DNA of 64,000 nucleotides from the human T2T-CHM13v2.0 reference genome, Homo sapiens: NCBI RefSeq assembly GCF_009914755.1, contig NC_060926.1. One strand, given 5' to 3'. A program made the position numbers and the translations under genes. This document shows positions 1 through 13,909 of this stretch, one piece after another. Every line of letters starts with the position of its first letter. The first letter of the stretch is position 1. The notes beneath the pieces are model-generated. The model was not told where the DNA came from. It did no database searches and was given only the letters and a program-made list of their open reading frames with translations.

Positions 1-571
1 TGAGCTATGCTGACTTTCAGTGTACTATGCTGGCTTTTAGAAAGACAGGAAGTTCAGGCAAAGAAACTTGATGCTGGTGATTACAGCTTCCTGTATCAGC
101 AAAATACAACATTTGCAGGAGCTCACAGAGAAGCCATTGCTATTCTAACACACTCTATCTACCCCTGCTAACACTGGTTGGGGAGATAGAACACCCTATC
201 TTCCTATCTTGCAATTTTCAAATTTCTTCAGAGTGCCTGTCGTTGGTGTAACTAAATGAGAACCCTGCAGCCAAAGGGTCCTGGGAAATGAGGGCCAGTC
301 CCTGCCATGTAGGGAAGAGAGTAGAAAGTGGGAGGTTGGTGCTGAGGTACACATGATATATTCAGTGATTGTCACTACCATTGCAAGGAAGAAGTGTTGC
401 TTAAGACAAAGTTTCTTACCTAGCCATTTAACTTACCCAGTTAATTTATTCCTTGCTATTTTTATTGTAGATTTTACATTTTAGATTTGACTAAGGATCA
501 GAAACTGAAATTCCTTAAAATAAGATAAATCAAAAGATCAGCATCACCTCTTGTATTACCCAGATGTTTAC

Positions 572-2104
572 TGTGATATTGTAATCTAATATGAAGTACA
601 CGTTTGATCTCTGCCCCAAGTTCCTAGACACAGCTTTTATCCTGTCAGGTAACAATTAGCCTTGAGGTGCTACCTCTGATCCTGGGGGTCTTGAGGTTTC
701 ACAGTGACTCAATGGCCAATTAAATGTTTGCAAACTCATGGTTTAAGGCTTTCATAAACCAACAATCATGCCGATATATTCAGCACATACAGGCAGATGT
801 GAGGGAGAGGGGGACTGAACCACAGAGAGTAGCTCAAGAGACCAGCATGCTGACCGAAAAACAGGGTGGGTCCACATTTCCCTTGAAACTGACCAACGTG
901 GGTGGAGGGTTGCTACTCTTCTCCCAGCAGAGCTTCCAGGGATGGAAAAGAGACCTGAGAGTTCTCATGGGCAGACCTGCAGGCATCTCAGTCATGGTTA
1001 GTTTCTTTGCTGTTTTTATGGTTCTTCACAGGAATGTCCATGGCATTATCTCAGCCGTCTTTTGGCTTCATTTTCTCTTCAGGTTTCAGGAATGCCTGGC
1101 CACAACAGGTGTTATGTATTACCTCAGTTCACCATACATATACTTATCATTTTGATGGGTCAGCAGTGTCACTATAGGCTGAGTCATTTGTCATAGTGAC
1201 TCCAGTTTTAGACATTTAGAATCACAAAACAATATTATATATCAGGTTCTGAAAGCCTTGTAGATCGGGACCCTAGGAGAATCTTTTCTTCTAAATTTTA
1301 TCTTTGACCTTGGTTCCAGACACAGAGTTTCTAAGGCCTTTGTAATTTCATGAGTGATAGGAGCATCTGACAGAGTTCCTACAACCCTTGGAATTTCTTG
1401 GGAGATGGAGTCATTTTTTCTCCTCATGAGGCCACTCTTGCTGGGCTCCTGGAGAGTCTCAGGACGGGGATTGGTTGCAAAGGAAACCAGCCCTGGCGAT
1501 TAGAAGGCTGGAACTTGCGGTCCCACCCCTGACCACTGGGAAAGGGATGGGTCTGAAGGTTGAGTTGTGTATCAGTGTCCAGTGAGTTAATCAATCATAC
1601 CTACAAAATGAAGCTTCAATAAAAACCAGGAAGGATACTGTTCGGTAAATTTCCAGACTGCTGAGCATAACATACAGAGGTTCCTGGAGAGTGGCATGCC
1701 CAGAGAGGGCATGGGAGCTCTATGCTCCTTCCCACATACTTTGCCTTATGCATCTCTTCCATCTAGTTGTTCATCTGTATCTTTTATAAGATCCATTATA
1801 ATAAATGGGTACATGTAAGTAATGTGTTTCCCTGCGTTCTGTGAGCCCCTCTAGCAAATTAATCAAATTTCGGGGTTGATGGTTCATGGAAACCCTGATA
1901 TATAACTGGTTGGCCACAACCTGGGGTTTTGCACTTGAATTTGGGGCTGTTTCATGGGACTGAACGCTTAACTTCTGGGATCTGACATTATCTTTAAGTT
2001 GAAAGTGTGAAAATTAAGTTGAATTATAAGAATTTCAACTGGCATCTGCTGGAGAATTGGTTAGGGTGTGGGGGAAAAAACCCACACATCTGGCATCAGA
2101 AGTA
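572..2104 (+). mobile_element. MER21-family LTR, split by a nested insertion at ~638-1244
   Basis: Starts TGTGATATTGTAATC. Contains repeated GACACAGAG...CCTT(G/T)GTAATTTC motifs and GGCATGCCCAGAGAGGGCATGG, and ends CCCACACATCTGGCATCAGAAGT, matching the recalled MER21 consensus. Confidence 0.8.
638..1244 (-). mobile_element. Unassigned LTR-like element nested in MER21
   Basis: About 600 bp interrupting MER21 between ACACAGC and TTCTGAAAGCC. The minus strand begins TGATATATAA and has a TATA-like CATAAAAA. Possible degenerate TSD GCTTT/GGTTC. Confidence 0.5.
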
Positions 2105-2469
2105 TTTTTTTCTGATACAATTATCTTTCAATTATTCATATACATTGTTTTCTAGCTCTCATATGCTCTACTAGTGACTATTTTGCTACGATGTAGAAGT
2201 ATGTAGGGTTCGAGAGAGCAGAAAGTGTATCTCCTTTGTCAATTTCAAATCAAGAGATCTTTATTTTTCTAACTCATTTTTGTATTTTTGTAACCTTTTC
2301 CTGCATATGAAATGGTGGTAATGAATACTTAAATATTTAATCTCCTACTGAAAGCTTAGTTAACTTCTTCAAGGAGAAAAAATGTGAATGTGGTCTTTAC
2401 CTTTAAAGCCAAGATATTTTGCGTTTTCTCTTTTTATAAAATAATCAGTATGACTCTCCCATTGAAAGA

Positions 2470-3015
2470 TGCATTTAATTATTGAACATGTACCACCTTT
2501 AAGTAATTTGTTATTCAAGGCTTTGGAAATGTAGTGGTGAATAAGACAAAAATGTCCCATGCTCTTAAACAACTTTCATTTCTAGAGGCAAGAATCATCA
2601 ATAAAGGTTTAAATTGATTAAATAAAAAAAGAAATATGATTATGGACAACAGTAAAATCTATGAATAAATTAAAGTAATGCAATATTAAAAGGAGAATAA
2701 CTAGATATGGGAACAACAACATTAGGAATGCCTAGCTCAGGAGTTGCATTAATTTGGGAGCTGAAAGAATAAATTTCCAGCTACTAGGAGCGGAACATTC
2801 TAGGCAAAAGAAGCAGCAAATGCAAACATCTTAATACAAATGTCCTGACAGAGCAGAGCATGACCTGTTTGAGGAATACGAAAGATCATTATGGCTGTAT
2901 CTTAAGGAAAAAGGGAAAGTTAAGAGAGTTAACGAAACATGAATTTGGAAAAACAATCCAGAATCTGTGGGGTTCTGTAGCCATATTGAATTTGTGAATT
3001 TGAATTTTATTCAAA
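2470..3015 (-). mobile_element. L2 LINE 3' fragment
   Basis: GTGGTGAATAAGACAAAAATGTCCCATGCTCT and ACATTCTAGGCAAAAGAAGCAGCAAATGCAAA resemble antisense L2. Confidence 0.65.
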
Positions 3016-6000
3016 GAGAAAGTATATATCATTATACCAATAAAACACAAAGTTACATGCTCTGCTTTCCATTTTTAAATAATGGTACTAAAATAGTCAA
3101 CCATACTTTTTTTATCAAGTTTTTATTCGACATAATTGTTATCTTGAAAGACATTAATTTGGCATTATCCTTAAGGTAATATAAGGAGCATTTTACAATG
3201 GGTTTTCATTGTGTTATTTTTTACTAATGCATACAATACTTTTACACATAAGTATGTTAAATATCTGACAGTTTATTATATACATATATTTCCACAGCAG
3301 TGTGCCCAAATTAGAAAACTGTAATAACAAAGAGAGTTTAGCAGCTACTTTCAAACTGCTTAAATATTAAAGATTTATTGATTCTTCATTCTATAAGTCT
3401 CTAAAGATAATCAGATTGAGAAGAGTCCTGTGTGATTAATCTTGGTAAGGAAAAATTGCGAAGTAATAATAGAGAAAAAAGAAAATGTAATAGTGGTGAA
3501 GGAAGGGAGTAAGTATTATGTGAAGAAATGTATCAGATAACATTACAGAATTCAAAGCCAGAAATAGTATTTGCTTGCAGGAGCTTTCTGTTTAGAGAGA
3601 GGACTGTCACCTTTATTTTCAACCTGACAATTCTCATAATGAAAGGGCCAGTTCTTCTCACACAATGAACCACAGCCTAGAGTATGAGGAACTCTACCAA
3701 AAGCCTCTGTGCCAGTAATTAGAGCAAAGGACTACAGGTCATGAACGTTGGTTTCTGTCCCCTACTGGAGCAGCACTCCCCTCTCAACATCAAGCAGGAC
3801 AATCCATCTTTCCGTACTTATGTCCACTCAGCAATACAGCTTCTGTAATGAAAGTACTGCTTTTTAACACATTGTACAGAAGAAATATTTAGCACATAAA
3901 ATTCTTTGAGCTCCTATAGGGGAAGGTAAATGACAAAAAATACCAAATCAGAAAATTGTATCCTTTTTTCCAGACTCGTGTTTAAGAAACAAGACTGACA
4001 GGCAGACATCTGTGAGGCTGTGACTTCAGAAGCACTTTCTGCCTCAGCTGAATACAGCTTCCATTTAATGGCTTTATTTACTCACCTCCTTTTTCTATAC
4101 TCTTTTAGAAGGATGATTCAATTCAATCAGTCGGAATTGTTGAGAATCTACTTTGTTTAAGGCATTTTGTTTTCAACACTGAGTTTTGTAGAGTCAAAGT
4201 TACATACTATGATTTTGTGAGTGTGTGAGTGTCAGTATATTTATTATCAAGGTAATTCATTTACTAAGTTATTTTCTCTTCTATAATAACTTTTTTTCTC
4301 TTCTACAGCCATTTTCTTTTAAAAAAACAGGTGAAATATTACATAATAGAGGTATTTTTTATTAGAAATAGTACATAGCTTATACAAATTTCATTTTGAT
4401 TTCAAACAAGAATAAAATTCTACTTGAATAGTTTTATTTTCTTTCAAAATAATGATTATGCAGATGGCATAAGCTACCTTTACTACTTAGCATTTTATTT
4501 AACATAAATGCAAATTATTATTTTTTTCAAATGTGTAATGGCCCCATTCCAGTAGCATGTTTTAACTCATTGAACACCAACAAGATAAACAGAGTTAATT
4601 TACCATTGATTATAATAACAGAGAAAACATATATACAATTGAATAGAAATCTCAAATAATGAAAGCATTTTTCACTGAAAACCCAACTTAAAATCCTTAC
4701 ACTGTTTATAGAGCCTGAATATCTATATCATGATCTTGCACTTTTATTTTTCCATATTTAAACAGCTTCTTTTTCTGCCTTTGAGATATAATTGCTCAGA
4801 CGTAATATTTAAATTTCTATGTCAATCTAGCTTCTTCCTTTAAGATATACATAATAATGCTTGCCATGAGTCTTTCCTAAGCCATATAGAGTGTTTCCTC
4901 ATAAGAAAGGATTAAGGTTATGCTTCTCTTTGGAGATTATAGAGATTCCTATAAATTTTTACCCTGTACCATACTCCAAGTTGGCTTCTGATTCCATGTT
5001 TCTAACAAAATTATGCTTGCTAAATATGCCTGTGGCCTCTATGTTATGGAAATAGTTCAGTCTTCATCTAGAGGCTACATAGTCCAGCCCACCAATGAGG
5101 CGTGCTGGGAGAAGTATGCTCAGCCACATATACATGGGATTGATGTCATTCCAAATCCTCTGAATACAATCACTCCACTCGGGAGGAAGTGCCTGCTTTC
5201 CAAAATATTAAATGCTTAAATAATGGGAATCATCATCAGTCACCCAGGTCTCAAAGGTCATATGATTTGGCACTACATGCTCATGACATCCCATAATCTC
5301 TTCCCTCCCAACTTATTCAGACACTCACTTTGGGCTTCTTACATGTATTTTGTCTTGGGGTGAAATTTATATATAAACCTATAGAGTCCACCGCATCATC
5401 CAGTTGTTTCTTCAGATAAGAACAAGTAACTCTATTTCAGGATGGTTTTTTTTTCCCAAAAAATCTTGAAAGATAGTTGGAATTCACTTAAAATACACAA
5501 CTTCTAAAAATTGACAGGAGTTATTACAGCAATAGGAGAAAATTAATTTAAACAATAAAAACTTTTGATGGCTAGCATTAGTGTTTGAGATCTATCTCAA
5601 AAGATGAATCAGACTGAGCTTAAAAGCGTCTCATAAAATGGTGAATTGAAAGGCACAATCTCGAGGAAAACATTGACAACATTTTAATGATGGCTTTAAA
5701 AGGAAGCACAACAAATTATTTCTTACCAAAACTCAGGATTCTTGTTTGCACATATCTCACATAGAAGCAGGATTCCAAGAATTTATTGTGTGTGTATGTA
5801 AAACACAGAAATATTATTTAATTTTTTTAATTATGGAAAATATGGTTGTCAAACTTTAAATGACAAATATTATACAGGTGTCATTAAAAGCACTGCAGAA
5901 GCAAAGTGGAAGGAAAATTCTTTTATTGCACCTGCATTGGATTACTTTTAAATGCCGTTTGTCATTTAATTGATTTATGAAGGATAAGTATGGTATGTTA

Positions 6001-6879
6001 ATGGGGGGCTGTTCAGCATGGCACAGTAAGGTTATTTTTGATGCTATGCCCTCTTACACAGATTCAAAGGAAACTTAGATAGAATTTATGGGGAAATCAA
6101 GAAGACATAGCTGGGCTCAAAACCAAGATTAACATCTCCAGAGATCATTAATGGAAAAGAGACACAAAGCAGTGGGTAATGTTGAAGCCACACCCAGCAG
6201 GTAATGAGGCTAAAGTGTTACAGGTCAAGCTGGATGTCGGGCTGAACTTGTCGCTTGTATCCAGAGCTAAGATAGACTCCCCAGATGTATAACAGAAGAA
6301 AAAATGATAAAGTGATGTTTTTCACTGGGAGCCCTGAATCTACAGCTTTATAGGAAGCAGTGAACCTTGGAAAGTGAAAGATAAAGACACACTTCTTGTG
6401 ATGAGGAACAAAATCAAGCTACTATCTGGCTCAGTAAATTAACCTATGATTTCTTCAATCAAACAACAAAGAAGGGACTTTGAAATACCATTATAAGGAA
6501 TGGTTATGGAGAGGGGAATTTCAACACTGAATATAGGTAACTATAAAGTTACTAGATAATGATAAGTGAACAGAGAGGAAGAAAGTAAGGCAGGTGAGAG
6601 TGAGGGGGAGAGAGAGAGAGCAAAAACCTTATTACTCAAAATGAGCTTGCACACCAAGATTCAAAAATAAGTTTAAGAATATTAAAAAAATTAAATTTCA
6701 AAATAGAAGAACTCAACAAAATCAACACTCTGAACTTAAATTTACTCCCAATTAAATTAATTGTATGAGACACTATGTAAAACAATAAGTAATGTACTTA
6801 AAATGTTCATATCTGAAGAAAACTCTGTGAGTTCATATATATCAATAAAAGTAAGAAAGGTAATAAAAATAGAGCTGTC

Positions 6880-7500
6880 AGTCACAGTTGAAGAATTAAT
6901 AAATTAGAAATTGATATTGAGTGAGCTTCAAAAGAACAGATAGACAATAATGCAGGAAAACAATATATGAAAAAAATGAGAAGTTCAACAAAGAGATGGA
7001 CACAATATAAAAGAAACCAAACAGAAATTTTGGAGCTGAAGGACATGACTGAATTGAAACAGTTTATAGGGGTTAAACAATAGACTCAATGAAGCAGAAG
7101 AGTCAGCAAGATCAAAGACAGGTCACTGAAAAATTATCTAATCAGAGGGATGACAAGAAAAATAATAAAAACAAGTGAAAAATATCTACATGACTTATGA
7201 GACACCATCAAGTGAGCCAATATACATGTTATTAGAATTGTAGAAGAAACAGAGGAAAACAAAGATTAGGAAGTTTAATGAAAGAAATAATGACAGAAAA
7301 GTTCCCAAATCTGGAGAGAGAAATAAACATTCAGATCCATGAAGCCTAAAGAACCCCAGAGAGAATAAACATGAAGAAATCTTCAAGTAAACACATTACA
7401 ACCAAATTCTCAAAAGCCAAAGGCAGAGAGATAATAATTTTGGAGGAAGCAAGAAAAATGTGCCTTGCTACATAAAAGAAGCTGCCAGGAAAGAGTGAGA
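6880..7500 (+). mobile_element. Old L1 (L1M) ORF1 fragment
   Basis: A-rich ORF1-like tracts ACAGAAATTTTGGAGCTGAAG, TAGACTCAATGAAGCAGAAGA and GAAATAATGACAGAAAAGTTCCCAAATCTGG. Confidence 0.75.
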
Positions 7501-8031
7501 TAATATATGCAAATATATACTCAAAGAGGAATGAATACTAACTTAAAACCTGCAGACAAAAATCCTTAACTAAACTACATGTTATTAAGTAAAACTCCAC
7601 AAGAAGCTGTATTATTGGTGAAGACTTCGGAACCCAGCCACAAAGGGTTAGGAAGAGGACAAAATAGTTTGTTTTTCCATATAATGAAATAAGAGAAAAT
7701 GTAATAATTCATGGACTGATGAAGAGAAATAAGACAGTACCAGTATAGAGAGAAGTGGTTGAGCAAATATATAAAAAGTTGAGAGAGGGAAATCAGGAAG
7801 CGGCAACATTTTTGGACTAGAAAATGAGGCTAGAGGTAGAGTGAGAATTTTCTCGTAGTGGGTATATGAATATACTCTTTTGAATGTATAGATTTTAAGG
7901 AATTTCACATTTCCTGGCTGGCTATCCTTCCACCCATTCTCCCTTTCCCTCAGTTCCCATTGCCTTTACTCTACACTGAATAACTGTCTCCAAAAGCTTG
8001 CTTTTTTTTTTCTCTCAATACTGCTTTAAGA

Positions 8032-8230
8032 CAGTGGTTTTAAAACATTTCTTTGAAGAGCCCTAGGAATTCTATTCAGGGCTGTAAATGGTGAGTATAT
8101 GTGGTAAAAGAGATAGATGGTGAGCACCACACCATTTTGCCAGAGCAAGTCTGCTTCTATCATTTTATTTGTTTATGCTTCTGGGCATAATTTTTTTTAA
8201 GTAAAAAAATAAAGTTAGTGAAAAATGTGT
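8032..8230. mobile_element. Possible hAT-Charlie MITE remnant
   Basis: Charlie-like terminus CAGTGGTTTTAAAAC; the other end is degraded. Confidence 0.3.
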
Positions 8231-9472
8231 TGGCAAATCCTTAGGTTCTTGGTTGTAATATTAGAAAAACTGTATCAACATGCTTTGCTATAAAAGAAAT
8301 CTGTCTATTTTATATCTTGCTGGAACCCATACAGAAAAAATGAAAACCCACATTTTAAAATGTGAGTATAAAGGTTATAAGTAAGTTGCCAAAAGCAAGT
8401 ATCAGGCCTGAAGGTTAATATAGAATTTGTATTTCTTGCTAGCTTCTCAGTTTTGATTCAACTAATAGAAGGCTAAATAAATAACACATTAAGTCCTATA
8501 TAGCATTTAATAAACCCTCATTCCACCCAAAACCCATACTGAAATAGTATTTGTTTTTTGGTACCAATAGAATAGTGATAATTAATATTGTTTTAAGCAT
8601 ATTTAAAATGATGTAATCCTTTTTATTTTATTCCCGTATATAAATTTGAAGATTCCATCAGGGCAAACTATCTGTTTCAGGGATGTTCTCCATGATTATA
8701 GCTTTGCATTTAGTAAAAGGAGCTTGAAATTTTTAATACATCATAAGAGAGTGGTATATTCTGTTGACTTTTCTAGTGACATATTCAAGATGCCAAAAGA
8801 GAAGGACTGTTTTTAGATTAAAAGGATTATAGTCTCATTGTGTTCTAGGCTAGTCAAACACTACTGAAATATTTTTATTTTGATGACATAACTTAAAAAT
8901 ATTGCCAAAGTGGTACAGGATCAGAGATTTCCAAGTTTATAAAGGAACTGAGTTCGACAAAATTTGATGTCATCTGATAGGCAGTTAATAGGTTTCTGTG
9001 GAGAGTTTAGTGAAGAGAAGCCTTGAAAGTTGGTAGTAGAAATTTTAGTTTTCTTCAGTCAAAATAGAAGATTAGAAGATAACTGTACCTTATTAGCCAG
9101 AGAGCAAAAGTAAGACTTAGAAGTTATAATGAAGGAAATTATATAAACAGAAACCAAAATTATGAATGTATACATGTTAAAAAATAGAATGTGGTCCCTT
9201 CTGAAGTCCTATATTTTTTTTAGCACCTCTCACCCACACAGTACAAGATTTGGGATTGCATTTGTCCAAATGTTAAAGAGATATCCTTTGGATTATTTTT
9301 AGATAAATTCAAGGTTTTTTCTAACTCTCAGTTTATAAAAAAGGCCACTATCATCCTTTGAGAGATACTCTTTGAATATTTTAGGTCTTTTTACATCTCA
9401 AGTATTTAAAGGGCCTCTGCTGTGTTTCAAGAATTAAGTAAACATTTTATGTACATTATCTCATGTCATGGC

Positions 9473-9548
9473 ATTCATTTGTTAATTCATTGAACAAATA
9501 TTTCTTGAACATTATTTATCTGATAACTATGCTAGGCACTAAGCTGAG
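9473..9548 (-). mobile_element. L2 3' terminal fragment
   Basis: ATTCATTGAACAAATATTTCTTGAAC...ACTATGCTAGGCACT. Confidence 0.6.
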
Positions 9549-9549
9549 A

Positions 9550-9995
9550 TTTTGTGTCACGTATCTGAAAAAGATTTACCAGGGAAAAGGAATGCTGGAC
9601 TAAGGAAGAGTAAAATAGACGAAGGCTAAGTCTGCATAGCACACACAGGAGTACATACTCCAGGTAGTTTTTTCTTTAGGCAGCTGGAACTTGATCTCAC
9701 TGGGTGCTTTTGAAAATACACTTTGGAGTCACTTGTCTAAGAGACAGAAGAGGGAAGACTTAATTTGCTTCCATATGGCCTTATGTTCCACTGGTCAAGA
9801 TGTCCTCCATGACACATTTACCATCATGCATATCCTGTTTTCATAAGGACATGGGAAGTTTTCATAAGCATTTTAGCCATAGAGCAGAGAAGCCATAGAG
9901 CAGAAAGCGAGAGCTTTTACAGTGCAGCTGATGGGAGGTGCTGTCAGGTACAACTTCCATGAAGCTGGCTGCTATGGCCATGGGCTGGATAAAAT
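9550..9995 (-). mobile_element. LTR33-like ERVL LTR fragment
   Basis: GGCAGCTGGAACTTGATCTCACTGGG, CCACTGGTCAAG and ACAGTGCAGCTGATGGGAGGTGCTGTCAGG resemble antisense LTR33. Confidence 0.5.
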
Positions 9996-10090
9996 GCTGC
10001 TCAAGATTAGGCACTGGCTTGAGGGAATGTTTTGGCTGGTTTCAACTTTTATTCAGACAACTCAGACATTCTCCAATCATCAGTAAGAAT

Positions 10091-10448
10091 GGATATGGTC
10101 TGACTCTGTGTCCCCACCCAAATCTCATGCCGAATTGTAATTCCGAGTGTTGGAGGAGAGGCCTGGTGGGAGTGGACTTCCCCCTTGCTGTTCTCCTGAT
10201 AGAGTTTTCATGAGATATGATTGTTTGAAAATGTGTGGCACCTCCCCACCAGCTCTCTCTCCTGTTGGGCATATGAATACATGCCTGCCTCCCCTTTGCC
10301 TTCCACCATGATTGTAATTTTCCTGAGGCCTCCCCAGAGAAAGAAGCCTGCATAGCCCACAGAACCATGAGCTGATTAAGCCTCTTTTCTTTATAAATTA
10401 CCCAGTTTCAGGTATGTCTTTACAGCATTATGAGAACAGACTAATACA
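10091..10448 (+). mobile_element. MSTA-type MaLR solo LTR
   Basis: GATATGGTCTGACTCTGTGTCCCCACCCAAATCTCATG ... GAACAGACTAATACA. Confidence 0.88.
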
Positions 10449-10998
10449 AAGCTGTTCTGCTTTCTTATCACATATGTACTCACCAGGGTAGCACTTTTAT
10501 TTTCATTCAAAAACTTTTCTATTACATTCACAGCTTGGCCAACTGTTTGGTGCAAGAGGACTACCTTTTGGCCTGTCTCAGCTTTTGACATGTCTTTTTC
10601 ATTAAGTTTAATCATTTTTAGCTTTTACAGTGAGAGATGTAGTATTCTACCTTTCATTTGAAAATTTAGAGGTTATTGTAGGGTTATTACTTGGCCTACT
10701 TTTGGGATTGTTGTGTCTTAGGTAACAGAGAGGTCTACAGGGAGGGAGAGAAATGGGGCAATGGGTGGTGAGTGAGGCAGTCAAAACAGGCACAATGTTT
10801 ATTGACTAAGTTTTCTGTCTTATATAAATGAGGTCTGTGGTATCAAAAAACAATTAAAATAACAACATCAAAGATCACTTATCATGGATCACTATAACAG
10901 ATGTAATAGTGGTAAAGTTTGAAATATTGGTAGATTAGCAAAATGTGACATAGAGACAAGGAGTGAGAACATCTTGTTGGAAAAATGGCACAAATTAA

Positions 10999-11300
10999 GG
11001 CCGGGCACAGTGGCTCATGCCTGTAATCCTAGCACAATGGGAGGCTGAGGCGGGTCGATTTTTGAGGCCAGAGGTTTGAGACCAGCCTGGGCAACATGAC
11101 AAAATACTTTATCTGCTAAAAATACAAAAATATTAATAGCCAGGTGTTGTGGCACACACCTGTGGTCCAAGCTACTCAGGAGGCTGAGGCACAAGAATTG
11201 TTTGAGCCTGGGAGACAGAGGTTGCAGTGAGTTGAGATGGCTCTGCTGCACTCCAGCCTGGGTGACAGAGTGAGACCTTGTCTCAAAAAAAAAAAAAAAA
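10999..11300 (+). mobile_element. AluJ SINE
   Basis: GGCCGGGCACAGTGGCTCA, dimeric structure, J-type GTGAGACCTTGTCTC, poly-A tail. AAAAATGGCAC is repeated on both sides. Confidence 0.93.
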
Positions 11301-12801
11301 AAAAATGGCACTGATAGACTTGCTTGATTCAGGGTTGCCACAGTCCTTTAGTTTGTAAAAAACACAACATCTGAAAAGCAATGTAAGGTGAAGCAAAATA
11401 AAATGAGATATGCCTGTACTATAAATTGCTAGAAAGAAAATAAAAGATGATTTGACATTATAGATTTAATATGGATCAGCTTTTTAGCTATCTTGACAGA
11501 AAATAGATATTTTTACAGACATAAGCACAACCAGAAATTTCCACTCCTCCTTCTGCACCATTGGAATGTTATATTTTCAAATGTGACACTTAAAATATAA
11601 ATAAACTTTGTCTTTGTTCCATGTTGGTTGAAGAAGAGTTTAGAGATATCTTGATAAAATGTGAATACTGAGGTAAAGATGTATACCCATTTATCTTTTT
11701 TGTAGTTTGAAATAGGACTGTTCTGTTTGGCTGGCATACTACTTAATTTTTAATTGAATGCAAATGCTTTTTGGCTGGCTGTGAACTCCCTAGTTTTCCT
11801 TAGTGCTCACCATTCCCAATATTGCCAAGGCTACTTCATGTATAAACACCTTGCCTTGTCTCTGGAAGCATCTGAGCTTGATAGCCTTGATACAGAGATC
11901 AAATCACGTGGAACACTTAGTTAGATCTGGACTGTGGAAGGAGAAGTGGCTGGAACCCAAAGTCATCACAGAGGTGCTTGAGCTAGAGATGACAGCACAA
12001 AAACAGAAATTATGTTCAGATGTTAACAGCAGAGGAAACCATAGTCTGATAAGAGCTCAGGCAATTTGGTGCTGGTTCTGGTAACTGATGGCTTTTAGAG
12101 CTTCATACAGGAGATCTTGACTTACCTACCCTCCTTCTCTTTGCTGTCTGGGAGGAAGAGGAATATACCAGCAATTTTTTCAGTGGCCTATGTGAGATGG
12201 AAGAAGGCAAGCCATAGATGTTTTAATCTTATGCTTCTGTGGCCTGAGATATCTTATGTATAAAATATAAAACACATGCAGTAAATTTTCCTTATGTTAT
12301 GCTGGCAATTCTGTTATATACTATGTTAAACATTTCATAGATAGCTATAACTTATAATACACTCTAAATATATTTGCCATGTATTTTTTTATCTCTATGT
12401 TTTGTTTCTTTGGCATAATTTAATAAAGTAAAGTATAGCAGTTGTTAAGAGTTTAATTTGATTTTCAGCCTATGTTATTCCTTATCTATACAAATGTTTC
12501 AAAATGAGCAATATTTTTGAAATGAGAATCCCAAACATATTTCTCTGGGAAGAAAAAAATCGATATTTATTAATAGTCTTTTCCTACTTCTTACCAAGTT
12601 AGCAGATGCAACCAGACTCCAAAGTGGGTAATATAAGTTTCAGGAGAATAGAAAATTTAACTAAAAAGGGAAATTTCATTTAAACATTTGTAAAGTATAA
12701 AATTAGCATACCTGAGACTTCCAGAGAGCTTAAATACATGTCACTCTCTTAATCTTTCCATGGTGCACAATATATATTTTTGTCCTTTATTGCTTACTTA
12801 C

Positions 12802-13208
12802 TCTATTAGGCCATTCTTGCATTGCTATAAAGAAATACCAGAGATTGGGTAATTTATAAAGAAAAGAGGTTTAATTGGCTCACAGTTCTGCATTATGAAG
12901 CATGGTGCCAACATGTGCTCAGCTTCTGATGAGGCCTCAGGGAGCTTTTACTCATGTCAAAAAGCAAAGAGGGAGCAGGAACATCACATGGTGAGAACTG
13001 GAGCAAGAGAGAGTGTGGGAGAGAGGTGGCACACACTTAAACAACAACCAGATCTCAGGGGCACTCACTTATTATTGCAAGAACAGCACAAAGCCATGAG
13101 GGATCCTGCCCCCATGGCCCAATCATCTCCTACTATGTCCCAACCCCAACATTGGGTATTACATTTTGACATGAGATTCAGGTGGGGGCAAATATCCAGA
13201 CAGTATCA
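12802..13208 (-). mobile_element. MST-type (MSTA/MSTB) MaLR solo LTR
   Basis: TATTAGGCCATTCTTGCATTGCTATAAAGAAATACC ... AAATATCCAGACAGTATCA. This explains ORF 12895..13419. Confidence 0.88.
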
Positions 13209-13909
13209 TAAACCTTTCCAGTTTTGTCTTTTCATAATACCCTCCCACTCTCACCCCCACTTCCACTTTATGGAAAAATTTATAGTCTATAAATGTTCCA
13301 GCTGTCTCTTTGATCAGTTGCAAATATTAATTGACTGGGTCCCTCAACACTATTTCTATTTCCTCAAATTCCTATTCATTCTTCAGCAAACTCTTTGTAA
13401 GTTTGCACACTATTTGTAAATTTGTTATTGTAACAAATGTAGACATTTGGTTTTTTGTGGAGAAGGGGGAGTAGAGCATATGGGGTAAGAGTAGTGTTGA
13501 GTGTCGCTGTCTAAATGTTATTTTTAAAATTGTTATGATTTTTTAAATCAACAGCTTCAATAACTCAACAGACATAATGCATATTAAGTGTATTGATAAC
13601 ATCAAAACCAGGTTGAAAGTCTCATTTAGGTCCTGGAGTGAAATAAATTAAGACATTTAACTGACATTGGCAGAAGTATATCAAGAAGTTATGGTTAAAT
13701 AGGAAAAAAGCACAGGGGAGTGTCACTATTTTTTTAAAAAAATTGACAAATAGAATGAAAAATAATTTCTACAACCTGGTACAGCAAGAACAGTTTGTAT
13801 GGAAATAGAACAAAAAGTGATTCCATCACAAATGTAAAGCCTTTTTCTCCAAGATAATTAAAGAAAGGACAGAAACCCATTTGACCTGCTAAATTAAATA
13901 CCTTTAAAT

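Larger units (their letters stand above)
9997..11416 (-). mobile_element. Tigger1 DNA transposon 5' part, interrupted by an MSTA LTR and an AluJ
   Basis: The minus strand begins TA|CAGGCATATCTC (TIR ending at 11416, TA target). ORF 10391..10615 MIKLNEKDMSKAETGQK matches the Tigger1 transposase N-terminus. Tigger1 sequence resumes at 9997-10090 beyond the MSTA. Confidence 0.9.

Noticed and set aside
1-400. Possible old MaLR LTR remnant (CAAAGGGTCCTGGGAAATG)
   Set aside because: Only a short motif resembles it, and neither family nor boundaries can be supported.
12895-13419. Longest ORF (174 aa) as a gene
   Set aside because: It reads through an antisense MST LTR into flanking DNA and has no recognisable domain.
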